Origin: Psammoneis japonica
Taxonomy: Eukaryota
Length of the DNA stretch: 33,477 nt
Assembly: GCA_008632985.1 (NCBI GenBank)
Contig: QPGO01000090.1
Location: 310,001 to 343,477 of the forward strand
Reading direction: 5' to 3'
Both the position numbers and the translations under genes were made by a program. Each line of letters starts with the position of its first letter. Positions within the stretch are counted from its first letter, which is position 1. Below, piece by piece: positions 1-10,246 of this stretch. Below the pieces are notes generated by a model, which was not told the origin of the DNA, did not search any database, and worked only from the letters and a program-made list of their open reading frames with translations.

Positions 1-83
1 ACACATAGATCTTGGCTTCTACCGTACGAAACGAGCGCACAAGCCCGGGAATTTGACAGTCAGTGTTGTGTGCCCATTTCTTA

Positions 84-1796
84 TCATGTCCATGGGAGCC
101 AGTTCACATGCATGGCATTCCCAAGAACAATGTAGATTAAACAATAATACAGGACAAGGTGTCCCCTCTCAACCTTTGATTCGTTATCTTTGTCGGTCCC
201 CTGAATAAGGAGAGTTGTCATGTACCAGTAAATGGCAGGGCACGACGAGAAGATGAGTCGTGTCGAAACTTGTACGTGTGCGACCGTTGCTCCAACAAGG
301 GAAAAAGCTGATAATACCGCAAAGTGTGTCAGAACGTGAGGTCCCATCAAAAGGGCGCCTTCCTCGGAGGCCGACGCGGTTGAGGAGGGTGCTACCGAAG
401 CCTCCAACGCAAATATCGCCCATTGTATTATGTGAATGGGACGCTTCCAAGAAACTGCTTCGTATGCGCGCTCAGAGTTCGAGGGAGAAGTTTCTCTGGC
501 TACAAACGACTTCCAACTGGCGTGAATCCATGTCAGCGAACCAGAAAACCCCAACCACAAGACAGGGGTAGCTAGAAAAAGTTTGGAATTTGTTTCAATT
601 CATAATAGCGTAGAAATCCGACGTTCCAATGCTTACGTTGCACGTATCCGTAGAGAGAGAAGGGAAGTAGATTCGTTTCTTCTTGTGCCGTTGCGCACCA
701 AGACGGTTGCATTGTTGAGTCTGACAAACAATGAAACGAGTAGCCTCGCCAGTCATGAAAAATGACTGGTAGAGCGACAATCACTGCTAGCATCAAATAA
801 TATGCTGCTCTGACAAGTGACCATGTCAAAGATGTTCCGCTCTGAATCGACTTTAGAAACGTGGCAACATTCCATATCAAGAGCCACAGAGACGCCATTG
901 TCCCGTTTGAGCGGACAAAGGATGCGATTGTCCACAGGAGAGTAGCCGCCACTACATTGCCTCGAAACGCAACATTGTATCCCAGAAAGGTTAGAAAAGC
1001 AAAGGATGATTCCGAGTAGGCTGTCGAAAAGAAGACGCTAGCCGGATTGATGCAAAAGAGAACGGCGCAGACTAGAGCATGGTGAAGACAGCGTTGCACC
1101 TCGGTGGGAGTCAAGGTGCTTGGGTCATTCGAGGTGTTTCGTGCCGCCACTCTATACGTCAAATCATGCAACACCAATGATGTCATTACGAACAAGATGA
1201 AATTGACAAGGATGGCTGCCAACACCGATACCCCTTCAAACGATGGTGGTAGGGCTACACCAGGAATGATCCACACCAAGAACAAGGCGGTGTAACGAAT
1301 CATCAATGGAAACAGCGGGAAAAAGGCATGTGCCTGTTCCGACAGGACAAAAAGATCGTCATTTTCACAAGTCTTGTCGTCTCCGCAATGGCTTTCCACA
1401 TCCACCAGAACGGGTATTGGTTTCCGCGCATCCGGATGCACCGCAAGTCTCAGAAAACGAGCAGCGTCCCATCTTGTAAAGGGCGTCAGCATAACATTGT
1501 AGATTTGTGTTAAGAATTTTGACGACTCCATGTGCGTTGTATCTGTGGCGCACTCCCTGAACAATGGATCCCAATGCCGGTCGTGGTGTGCTCGTTTGTC
1601 ACAAGCGTCTCCGTGGAGGCAAAAGCACGGGGGACCGTCGTTGAGCGGAGGTCGAAGCGAAGTACGTCTTTCCCGGGGTCAAAAAAGTCGCCAACAACAG
1701 CAGCTGAAGCAACCATACCCAAACAGATCACAAGACGTGATGCTATTGAAAATCGAACTATAAATGTCGGGAATCTTTCATTGAATCGGACGGCAT
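84..1796 (-). CDS. PIGV: GPI mannosyltransferase 2 (PIG-V/GPI18), split by three apparent 1-nt deletions (~1762, ~1645, ~577)
   Basis: Motifs 'FSIASRL', 'FTRWDAARFL', 'HAFFPLFP', 'FCINPASVFFSTAYSES', 'YVQRKHWNVGFLRYYELKQIPNF', 'HVQVSTRL', 'HVNWLPWT*' lie across ORFs 1510-1731, 572-1564 and 84-560. Adding one base at each junction (two A-runs; the ~1645 site is only approximately placed) joins them into one frame. Confidence 0.88.
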
Positions 1797-1996
1797 TTTA
1801 GCAGCCACTGCCGGAGATTCGTCATGATGAGCCTTTTACTGTGCCGTAGGAAGAGAGTCAATTCTGTTTCGCAACCTTAAGGGATTGTTCTAAGCTGCAA
1901 TGTCGAGCTCAATATCTATTGCCAACAAGCAACCATCAACTCTGGGTGCCACCTCATATCTTTTGCTCATGGTGGTGCCGCACTCTCCATCACTCG

Positions 1997-2017
1997 CTCG
2001 CTTCTCGCTTCTCGCTT
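1997..2017 (+). repeat. (CTCGCTT)x3 short tandem repeat at the left edge of the Copia remnant
   Basis: ctcgcttctcgcttctcgctt read directly. Confidence 0.8.
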
Positions 2018-2039
2018 CCTCGGTGTAGTCACGAGTCGA

Positions 2040-4220
2040 ATCACGGATGACCCTCTGTGTCAGGTGTCAGGCGGTCTCCACAGCTGTGACTGCAGCAGCG
2101 CATCCACACACAGCAATCACCAAAATGGAAGCAAAGAAACAGAGGCAATTCGCTTGTTCAGTGGCCAAGAAAAAAAAACACAGAAGGGAAAGATTGTGAG
2201 GTGCACGCAGAAGGAATGCACTCAAGGCATGCATCTGGCGAGGTCCGCTGAAGATGTGGCACGCAACGACTTCAGCAAAGAAGAGCTGAAGCTGGGAATG
2301 GAGATGAGGACAGCAATGCCAAAAGATGACAAATCAGACTGCCAGGAAATGTTGCTGCAGAAACAACAAAAGGAAAGGGAGCTGGAGTTCCAGCACAAGG
2401 CAAAGCTTCATGACTGCAATGACAAAGTGAGGCAGTTCAAAAAGAGCAAGATTGCAGCACTTGCCAAGACATTGGATGAGACTGCTGCACCAAGCAAATG
2501 AAACAGAGAGTGCAAGCTGATCCCACCCATGCAAAGATTGGGGACAATCTGATTGGCAGCAGGAAACTGGATGCCAGGGGACAAAATCATGTGCAGAAAT
2601 GAGATGAAAAGATGTCTTGTTGGTGGATGGTGACAATGCCAGCGCAGATGGCTGCCACCAGATCTGATTGATCTGCCCATTGAAGCCAAAGCAGAGGAAC
2701 TGCATGGCGTGGATTGCAGCTGGTCAACAATCAACCAGAGACAAGCATGAACCAAGTCAATGAAGACTTTGGTGTGCAGATGAAATCATCCTTGACAATG
2801 GTCCAACCCCCTCAGCGTGGCAGCTGGCCGAAGACCAGTGCACAATGTGTGCAGCTGGCAAAGGTCAAGACAGACCTTTCCATGAGTGCAGGAGCAGACA
2901 CTTTAGACAAGGACTGCACCATGCCTGGATGGGGGATGTGAAGCTTGGATCACAGAACGCAGCAGCAAACATTTTAAGTTTGAAGGATGTGAAGAGCAAG
3001 TGTCGTGTTGCACATGACAACTGAGTGGTGGATGAGTTGCAGTTGCTGGAGGAGAAGACCAGCAAGAGAGCTGCGGTGTTCAAAGTTGATGACATTCTTG
3101 GACTGCATGCCTTTGAACCAAGCAAGAAGTTCTTTGACTGCACAAAGAACTCCAAGAAAGCAAGTTTCATGTGAGCATGCTGTGTCTAAGACAGAGAAGA
3201 AGCTCAACAAGAAGAGCAACAAGAGCAACAAGAAGTGCAGGAGTGCATCCAGTCATTCTGATGGTGGAGCAGGACTCTGCAGGCTGCTCCAAGAGGGCCA
3301 AGCAAGCACTCAGGCTGTGCTGCAAGGCTGGAATCCCCAGCGTGAGAGATTGAAGCTGTTTTTGCAATCAAACCAGGTGAAGAATCTGTTCATGGCACCT
3401 GAAAACATGGACAAAATGGTGGACAATCAGGGGGCACCTGTTGACATGCTGAAAAGAAAGACCAAACACCCACATCAATCCCATGACATGACAACATTGT
3501 TGCAATCTCACCTGAGACATGTGAGAACAGAGAGAAGGTGCAACCCCACTCTGTGCTGACACATTGTGAAAGCAAGCAGAGTGAAGATCCTGCATGTGGT
3601 TGTCATGACAATCAAGTGTCAATCAAGTGCAAAACTGCAATCCAAGAAAACATGCTGATGTGTGCAACACATTGGACACGACACTGCGCCAATGCAACAT
3701 GGCTTTGTTCAAGCAGATTGACTTTGTTGAGTGCAATCCTGGGTTCAAGCTGTCTGCAAATGCCACCAGCAACCATGTTCCTGAAGTTGAACAAAGTGTC
3801 AAGACCATCAAGGAGCAAACTGGAGCCACAGTGCACCACATGCGGGTGAGGCAATGCCCAAGCTGATGTGCAAGTGTGCCATGATCAAGAATGCCATGAT
3901 GGCAAGCATGTGCCCACAAAAGAAAAAATCTTGTCTGATGCATGCAGTCCACACACTGTCATGCAAAGAAGAAACCTTGACCATGACAAGCACTTTGCAC
4001 ATGGATTTGGCACATTTGTCGGACTCCTGTTCAACATTGAACACAATGGACATGCATGGTGTTGACAGTGCACACCTGCAACCACATCTTGATGTTCCCA
4101 AAGGCAGTCACTGCACAATGAACCTGCACACAGACAAGCAGCTGAATCCCTGCAAGTGCACTGCCACACCCCTGACCAGTTCTTGATGAACTGACAAAGT
4201 TGAGGATGAGGCCAGCCATT
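2040..4220 (+). mobile_element. Degenerate, 3'-truncated Ty1/Copia LTR retrotransposon of the diatom CoDi type (gag, protease, pre-integrase, integrase; no RT/RNase H seen)
   Basis: Collinear frame-hopping remnants: 'MPGWG..ANILSLKDVKSKCRVAHD' (~2920-3018, protease region), 'RAKQALRLCCKAGIPSVRD/LKLFLQSNQVKN..GAPVDMLKRKT' (~3293-3463, GAG-pre-integrase), 'TLDTTLRQCNMALFKQIDFVECNPGFK', 'HVPEVEQSVKTIKEQ' (from 3774), 'SDACSPHTVMQRRNLDHDKHF..FGTFV', 'NTMD..AHLQP..GSHCTMNLHT'. These match the order and wording of diatom Copia polyproteins as recalled. Confidence 0.85.
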
Positions 4221-7200
4221 TTCCTTTGGATCTTTGCAGTTGAAACTTGCTCTCACAGCAACACATCTGAAGGTCAAGAAAAGCCTTGACCTGCCAGCAA
4301 CCCATTCCTCACTTCCTTGTTCAGGCACCTGGAGAACTGGATCTTGTTTTTCTCATGTGCAACTGAAAGATGCATGGTGACATCCACTGAAGTGCCAGTT
4401 GTTTGAACACAAAGAGAAGGACTCTTTTTGTCTGATGCAGAGGCAAATTTTGATGTGCTCCAGCTCCAGGTGTGACCTCACAGTGCTGAACTGTGACATT
4501 GAAAGTGTTGTGAGACATGCCACATGTTGCACGTGCACATTTCTGCATGACTTTGGTGGAATTTTGCATCATTCTTTTGCAGTGCAGTTGTTGAGCTGTT
4601 CATCAAACAATTCTTTGAAGATGTCTGCAGAATGGCACAGGCACAGATGGAATTTTCAAAAGTTTTGGCTGTGCAGACCTTTGATGTGCCACAAACTTGG
4701 TTGGTTGTTCAAATGTAAAAGGGCTGGAGCATGTTTTCTTTTCCTCCATTTGCCTTCCAGGGACTTGGCTTCTGCCAGTGTTCTTCAGCCACAGTGCTGG
4801 CAAAGAAAGAGAAAGACCAAGTTCCCAGTTTTTTGCAAATCAGTGCAACAGCTGCTCAAAAGCTTCAGGGGGAGGAGGACAATTGAGAACCTGGTTGTCA
4901 ACAACTTTGGCTGCAGAGATGACTGGGTCAGGGCAGTTTTCTCTAAAGTCACAACAAGAGAGGGGACCACTTGGTCTTGGGAAGAAGCTTGATGGCAGGA
5001 AAATGTGGGTCATGTTGCTGGCATTGAAAAAATGAGTTCCTTGGTCACTCCAGGCACACAGACAAGGGTGCTCCAAGAATGTTCTCAGGCAAATGACTGT
5101 GCAAGACACTGCAGTTGAAGATTGTCATCATTGGACAATGGCATTTGACAACACAGAAACAAAGGGGTCAAGCAGTTTGAACATGGGCCCCATTTTGAAA
5201 GTGAGCCTTTCATGCAGAAAGCACAAAATCCAAAGCTCCATCATCTCAATGGAAAAGAAGTGCTGCAATGTGTCCACAGACATGGTTGCAGGTGAACATT
5301 TAAAGACAAAGCAACTGGCGGTCGAATGTTCAGTGTCAATGACCACACAACAGAAAAGTGGTCAATCAATTGACCAGGAGTCAATCACGAGGCAGATCTA
5401 AATCCAGAATGTCATGTTTGGTCACACAAAGCAATTTGTGTCAAGTCCCATGGCCTTCCAAATTCATTGGACACTGTTTTGTGTGCAAAGACCACTTGCA
5501 ATTTTGGTCATTTTGAAAGTGGTCATCCCCAAACCACAACTTCATCTTGTCTGTGTGCCTCCAGTCTGGGTGAGGGCAGGGCAGGGGAGTGACACAGATG
5601 GATGCTGGTCAAGCCAACATTTGCTTGTGATTTTTTTGGAATCATGGTGGGTGCCACTGCTTTTCAAAGAGGACCTGCACAGGGCTTGGGTGGCTTCCTT
5701 GGTTGATTGACAAAAAGTTCTTCAATGACACAGAGCCAGGCCCCCACAAGCAACCACCGAGAGATGATCTTGGACAAAATGTTAAAAGTGTTGCGGAGGA
5801 CAGGAACGACTGGATGGCAGAAATGAGCTGAGTGCAAAGGCAAAGCCGCAAACATCATTGGACATGATGCCATGCATTCTTTCAATTTCTTGCACATTCA
5901 ACACTGGCAGGGCTTGCTTTTTGGTGCTGCATGTGTCCACTCTTGGCCAAGGAATCTGAGAAAAGGCCTCAACTGAGCTGCAGGCCAGGGGTCATCTGCA
6001 AGAAACAATGTTCCTGCAATCATCCCCACCTTCTTGCACAGCTGCACTCAGCTCACTCCAAAGCAGATCAAGCAGAATGCCGTGGCCTGTCAGCAGCAAC
6101 AAACCGGGGAAATGGCACACTCCTCATGAGAGCAGCATCCCAGCTAGAAACACTTGATGGCACAACATCATGACATCAAGTGTTGGGTTTTAAAAGTTCT
6201 GTTTGAGGCTTGCCAAGTCAACAGTGTCTTGGAAAAGATGTGTCACATCACTTGCATTTTTTGCACAGACAAAACAACTGGACCTGGGAAACCTCTCCTG
6301 TCACACACAGTTAGAGTGTTTCCTTGGTGTCTGCTTGTAACTGAGAAATGGTTCACTTTGCCACACACCACTTGCCTCAAATGACCAAACCAGCCATGAA
6401 AGAAAAGGCATGAGCCAACGCCACCAACAAGGCCACCAAAGGCTTCATCTGGGATGCAAAAAATGAACCAATCATTTGTTGTGTCTGGGGCAAAAATTTG
6501 CTCTGCAAAGTTTGACTGAGAACAGCCCACATCATTTTGTGAACAGCCATCATGTCCAAAATCCTGTGCTGCCTGCAAGCTCAACCCACAATCCATCTTT
6601 TTGAGTTGTTGCTGAGATCTGGCCTGAAATCTGCCTTGCTGGCAGAGCATGCAACAATTGCAGGGAACAGTGTGGCTGCATGAGAGAGAGAGAAAGAGAG
6701 CATGTGCAGGATCCTTTGACTGTGAGTCAACAAGTGTTTCTGTGCCTGTCAAAGCCGCTGTCAACAACAGAGTGGTCTGCGTGCAATTGTGAATGTCCCC
6801 TTCCCTTGCTCTGACACATGTGATTTTTTCTAGCCAGGCATCAACAAGAGACAAATCTTCCTGTTGGAATGATGGAAAACACCCCTGACAGATCAACTTG
6901 TGCCTGTCACACATTGAGCCAAGAACAGCAGGACGAACCCAGCACTTCGCCAGTTCTGCATCCCAGCATTTTTAACAAATGGTTTTGAATGGTCAGGGCT
7001 TGGGGCTTTTGGGTCAGGGGCCAGGGAGTGGAACTTTTAGCAAAGCTCCTGTTTGGGATGACATTAAAAGCAGGTGTGACTGATCTAACAGTTTATCTGT
7101 GACATGACCGAGTCAACCCATGAGGAGTTGGCGCCCTGGGATGAAGTCGCTATTCTCAGAACAGCCACCTTGGAAGGTGTAACAGAGATTGAGCTGATGG

Positions 7201-7330
7201 CCAACCCAAGCACAAAAAGAAGAGCATAAAAAGATTTGGACCAAACAGTGGAGAACAGTGCATGAAATGTTCTTGCTTGTCTCATGTGTGAGCACATCGC
7301 CATCAACAGCCTTGTGATCCAACACGACAC
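2050..7330. other. Island 1: CpG- and TpA-depleted, TpG/CpA-rich DNA
   Basis: Hand count 2041-7080: 16 TA and ~35 CG in ~5 kb, versus 23 TA and ~32 CG in bases 1-600. No TA between ~3190 and ~4715. Confidence 0.95.
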
Positions 7331-7391
7331 GGTCCCACTTGCCTGCACAATTGTTGTGTGACTCTTTTTGGCAATTTTTCTCCGGCGCCAT
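4300..7391 (-). mobile_element. Degenerate Crypton-like (Ndc10/GCR1-type tyrosine recombinase) element or pseudogene
   Basis: Minus-strand remnants in the expected order: ATG at 7391, 'LVGGVGSCLFFHGW' (cf. CPVGALAFYLFxRF), 'SDVTHLFQ' (VTHLFQ at 6229-6246; HxxR if CAA derives from CGA), 'ALMRSVPFP' at 6107-6133 (cf. MRSIAGFP), and C-terminal 'PSVPVPF..FKELFDEQ' (~4590-4650). Pattern recognition only; left boundary approximate. Confidence 0.45.
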
Positions 7392-7554
7392 CGTCCTGGG
7401 TTCGCGGAAAGACGACGCTTTCTCCTATTGTCGACACGACTCTCATCATGGTGGATACTCTGCCGCACAAAAAATATCGAACAGAGGCTTCCGGCCGCTA
7501 CGCAAAGTTGTGAACCCTAAGTATCCATGTTACCGAAAGACTAATAACCCAAAC

Positions 7555-7571
7555 AACACACACACACACAC
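7555..7571 (+). repeat. (CA)n microsatellite just downstream of the CWC15 stop
   Basis: aacacacacacacacac. Confidence 0.85.
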
Positions 7572-7601
7572 CATTCGAATTCCTTTTGTTCCTTCTTGTT
7601 T

Positions 7602-8538
7602 TCAACGAACGAACTTGTTGAGGAAGCGCTTGTGAAAGTCGTTACGAACGGTATCATTGATGAACCGCTTCTTAAGTTCGGGTTCTCCCTTGGCCTGATT
7701 TCGAAAGACGACATCATCATTCCACCTTCGCTTCATCTTTCCAGAAGAGGCGGCGCCGGCATTAAGCAGAGGATTTCCCATGAGTGCAGCTTCTTCAAAC
7801 CTCCCCTCTTCTTCTTTTGCTTCCTGCAGATGCAAAGGGGGCAGAAACAGTGGGACTTGATTGGCTTACGGAACAAAGCAAACACCACAGTTTCTCAAAG
7901 TTCGTACTTACCTCTGTTTCAGCAGCAGCCTTTGCAGCTTCCCGCTCGGCACGTATTTTTGCAAGCTCCGCCTGAAGGGCCTCTTCATCGTCGTCATCAT
8001 CATCCTCGCTGGATTCCGAGTCTGAAGCATCCAAGTCAGAATCATCACTTCCCACGTCGTCATTCCACCCGTCCGAGTCGGGGCCATCCCCGCCATCGTC
8101 ATCAGCGTCATCGTACTTTTTTCGTATTCTGGTAATTCATTTCAAAGAGATAACAGAGAACACAATTAGTTACAAAAAGAACAAGAAAGACGAGACATGC
8201 ACAGCCGTAGAGGCGATAGTTAGCAGCAATACGACTGAACTCACTTCTCTTCGTCTACATCTGCCGTTTGTTTCAATAGCCTCCGCCGCCCTTCTTCTTC
8301 AATCTCGGGTACAATTTTCGTTTGGGTGGCGCAACCTTGGCTTCGGCTTGTTCCAGCTTACGAAGGGATTCTTCGAGCGCTTCCTTCTTGTCAATGACTT
8401 GAGACCGAAGCTTGAGTTTGGTATGGGCAGCAGCGTCCAGAGCCGACCGCGACGCGGAAGGAGCACCACCAGCGGTCCATCCACCTCCTGAGCTTGACCT
8501 ACAGCGGCCTTCCATGTCGGTCGATGTGCGGTTGTCAT
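7602..8538 (-). CDS. CWC15: Spliceosome-associated protein Cwc15; introns 8129-8244 and 7824-7911; two apparent 1-nt deletions (~8485, ~8315)
   Basis: 'MTTAHRPTW', 'HTKLKLR', 'ALQAELAKIRAER', 'GNPLLN', 'KRRWNDDVVFRNQA', 'FINDTVRNDFHKRFLNKFVR'. GT-AG introns restore the frame. Confidence 0.93.
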
Positions 8539-8936
8539 GTCTTCAGGCTATTTCCAAGTCCACAGTGTTGCTGTTTTCCAAGTTTCAAAGTGAGCTGTGT
8601 GGTGCTCCGTGCCTCGTGCCGCTCGGCTTCGTGCTTCGTGCTTTTCGCTTTTTTGGTGGTGATGAACGTTTTCAGTTTTGGTCGCTGTGCTCTTGCAAAG
8701 CGTCTATCCTTCAACCGACGGTTCATCGCCAATTTTGAAGTGATGACGTGGATCGAGAAAGTGAGAACTTTTTGACACGAACACGCAACTCACCCTTTCA
8801 AAAATGGCGGTCGGTTTGCGGTCTTGTGGGAGCTGCAGAGTTGACGCTTCTTATCTCTTTGCCCCCATACTGCTACAGGCTGCAAACGAGTGTCGTTATA
8901 TTCCGTACACCAAAACATCCAGAGAACAAAGGCATT

Positions 8937-10145
8937 ATGCTTGGTTTTAAAGCTGCGGGAGAACTCTTACGTTCACTTGCTGAAGAGAGGAAGAGGGCAC
9001 GTGAAGAGAGTACTGAACAATCCGCAGGGGGCAAGAAGGTTAGCTTCGCTCAAGGTGGGGAAGCGACTCCACTTTTGGAAGCTAACCATGCTACTGCAAC
9101 AATCAGAGACTTGGAAGCAGGAAGTGAAGGCGACAGCAAAAGTTTGTCAGGAGTCTTTCATACATACGAGCAATCCAGAGGCGCAGCTGGACTTTGTGCG
9201 CTCCTCTTCCTGACGTACGTGCTGGTGGCAATTATTGCGTTCAGTTTCTGCTTTGAAAAGTGGCCGATCCTGGACTCAGCATATTTTGCCGTTACTACAT
9301 TCACAACAATCGGATTTGGAGATATCGTGCCGACCAACCCGGCAAGCAAGATCTTTACAGTTATCTTTACCTTGTACGGTGTTTGCATCTTAGGGTTCCT
9401 ATTTGGAATCGTAGGGCAGGCAATATACGAAACACAACGAGAGGCACGACGCGAAACCAAACGAAAATCGCAACTACGGGTAACTCGAATGTTTACAATT
9501 TCAGATGATGGGTCGTTTGATCCAGAGCATCTACCCCCCGGTATCCTCGACGATGATCAGCCAAGCGAAAAGCCTCTCTACAAGGAAATTCTTGAAATAG
9601 TTTGGCTTGAAACACCAATGCTTGCCTTTATTGGCTTGTTCACAGCACTTATCGGCATGATCGAAGGGTGGTCACCCGTGGATTCTCTATACTATTGTGT
9701 TATATCTCTCACAACATGTGGCCTGGGAGACGTCCATCCAGACACTCCGGTCTCCGTGTTTGCAAATATATTCTTCCTCCCACTTGCAGTTGCAATGTTT
9801 GGAGAGATTCTTGCTCGGATCGCCGGTGCCTATATCAATCGTAAGGCGAGGCAAAAGGAAGAAGAGTTTTTACAACGTGAGCTAACCCTGAGTGACTTGG
9901 AAGCAATGGACGAAAACCTTGATGACAAGGTTGAACTACACGAGTTTCTATCCTTCATGCTTGTTGCAATGCAAAAGGTCGACAAGAAATCTATTGACGA
10001 ACTGAAAGAGATCTTTTACAAGCTGGACCTGGACGGGAATGGAAGTCTAGACAAGGGAGATTTGATCATGTTGGCGCGACGAAAACGAGAAATAATGGTT
10101 GGGAACGGGTCTTCTCATAGCTTTCGACGATCTCACACGCACTGA
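8937..10145 (+). CDS. Two-pore-domain (TPK/KCO-like) K+ channel with two C-terminal EF-hands
   Basis: 4 TM/2 pore layout, 'DSAYFAVTTFTTIGFGD' and 'DSLYYCVISLTTCGLGD', EF loops DENLDDKVELHEF and DLDGNGSLDKGDL. First in-frame ATG at 8937. Confidence 0.9.
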   Translation: MLGFKAAGELLRSLAEERKRAREESTEQSAGGKKVSFAQGGEATPLLEANHATATIRDLEAGSEGDSKSLSGVFHTYEQSRGAAGLCALLFLTYVLVAIIAFSFCFEKWPILDSAYFAVTTFTTIGFGDIVPTNPASKIFTVIFTLYGVCILGFLFGIVGQAIYETQREARRETKRKSQLRVTRMFTISDDGSFDPEHLPPGILDDDQPSEKPLYKEILEIVWLETPMLAFIGLFTALIGMIEGWSPVDSLYYCVISLTTCGLGDVHPDTPVSVFANIFFLPLAVAMFGEILARIAGAYINRKARQKEEEFLQRELTLSDLEAMDENLDDKVELHEFLSFMLVAMQKVDKKSIDELKEIFYKLDLDGNGSLDKGDLIMLARRKREIMVGNGSSHSFRRSHTH

Positions 10146-10246
10146 CAAGATGATTAGGGTTGGACTTGCAGATTGCTGCACTTTATATGAATATTACGTC
10201 AAAGATGAAGCTACGGTTTCCACTCTAGAGAAAGCGATTTCATATG

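Noticed and set aside
1880..1990. Possible 5' LTR and primer-binding site (..tca tggtggtgccg) for the Copia
   Set aside because: No second LTR or target-site duplication in the window to confirm it; the match to a tRNA end is too short.
4271..4292. 8-bp inverted repeat aggtcaag...cttgacct near the Copia/Crypton-like junction
   Set aside because: Short enough to arise by chance; no Helitron CTRR end or matching terminus found.
2064..6914. Dozens of overlapping Cys/His-rich ORFs on all six frames (also 14956-16553 and 29332-33450)
   Set aside because: By-product of TpA loss: TAA/TAG stops and Tyr codons vanish while TG/CA inflate Cys, His, Met, Gln. Not cysteine-rich proteins.
2050..7330. Alternative genetic code, selenoprotein cluster or foreign (viral/contaminant) DNA as the explanation of the islands
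   Set aside because: Depletion is frame- and strand-independent, affects non-coding repeats, grades into normal DNA, and overlies a frameshifted Copia.
2050..7330. Classical fungal RIP
   Set aside because: RIP raises TpA and lowers CpA; the opposite is seen here.
8748..8936. N-terminal extension of the K+ channel ORF from a GTG start (likewise 19203-19328 and 16714-16734 extensions)
   Set aside because: Non-ATG or upstream in-frame starts; downstream ATGs give the expected N-termini.
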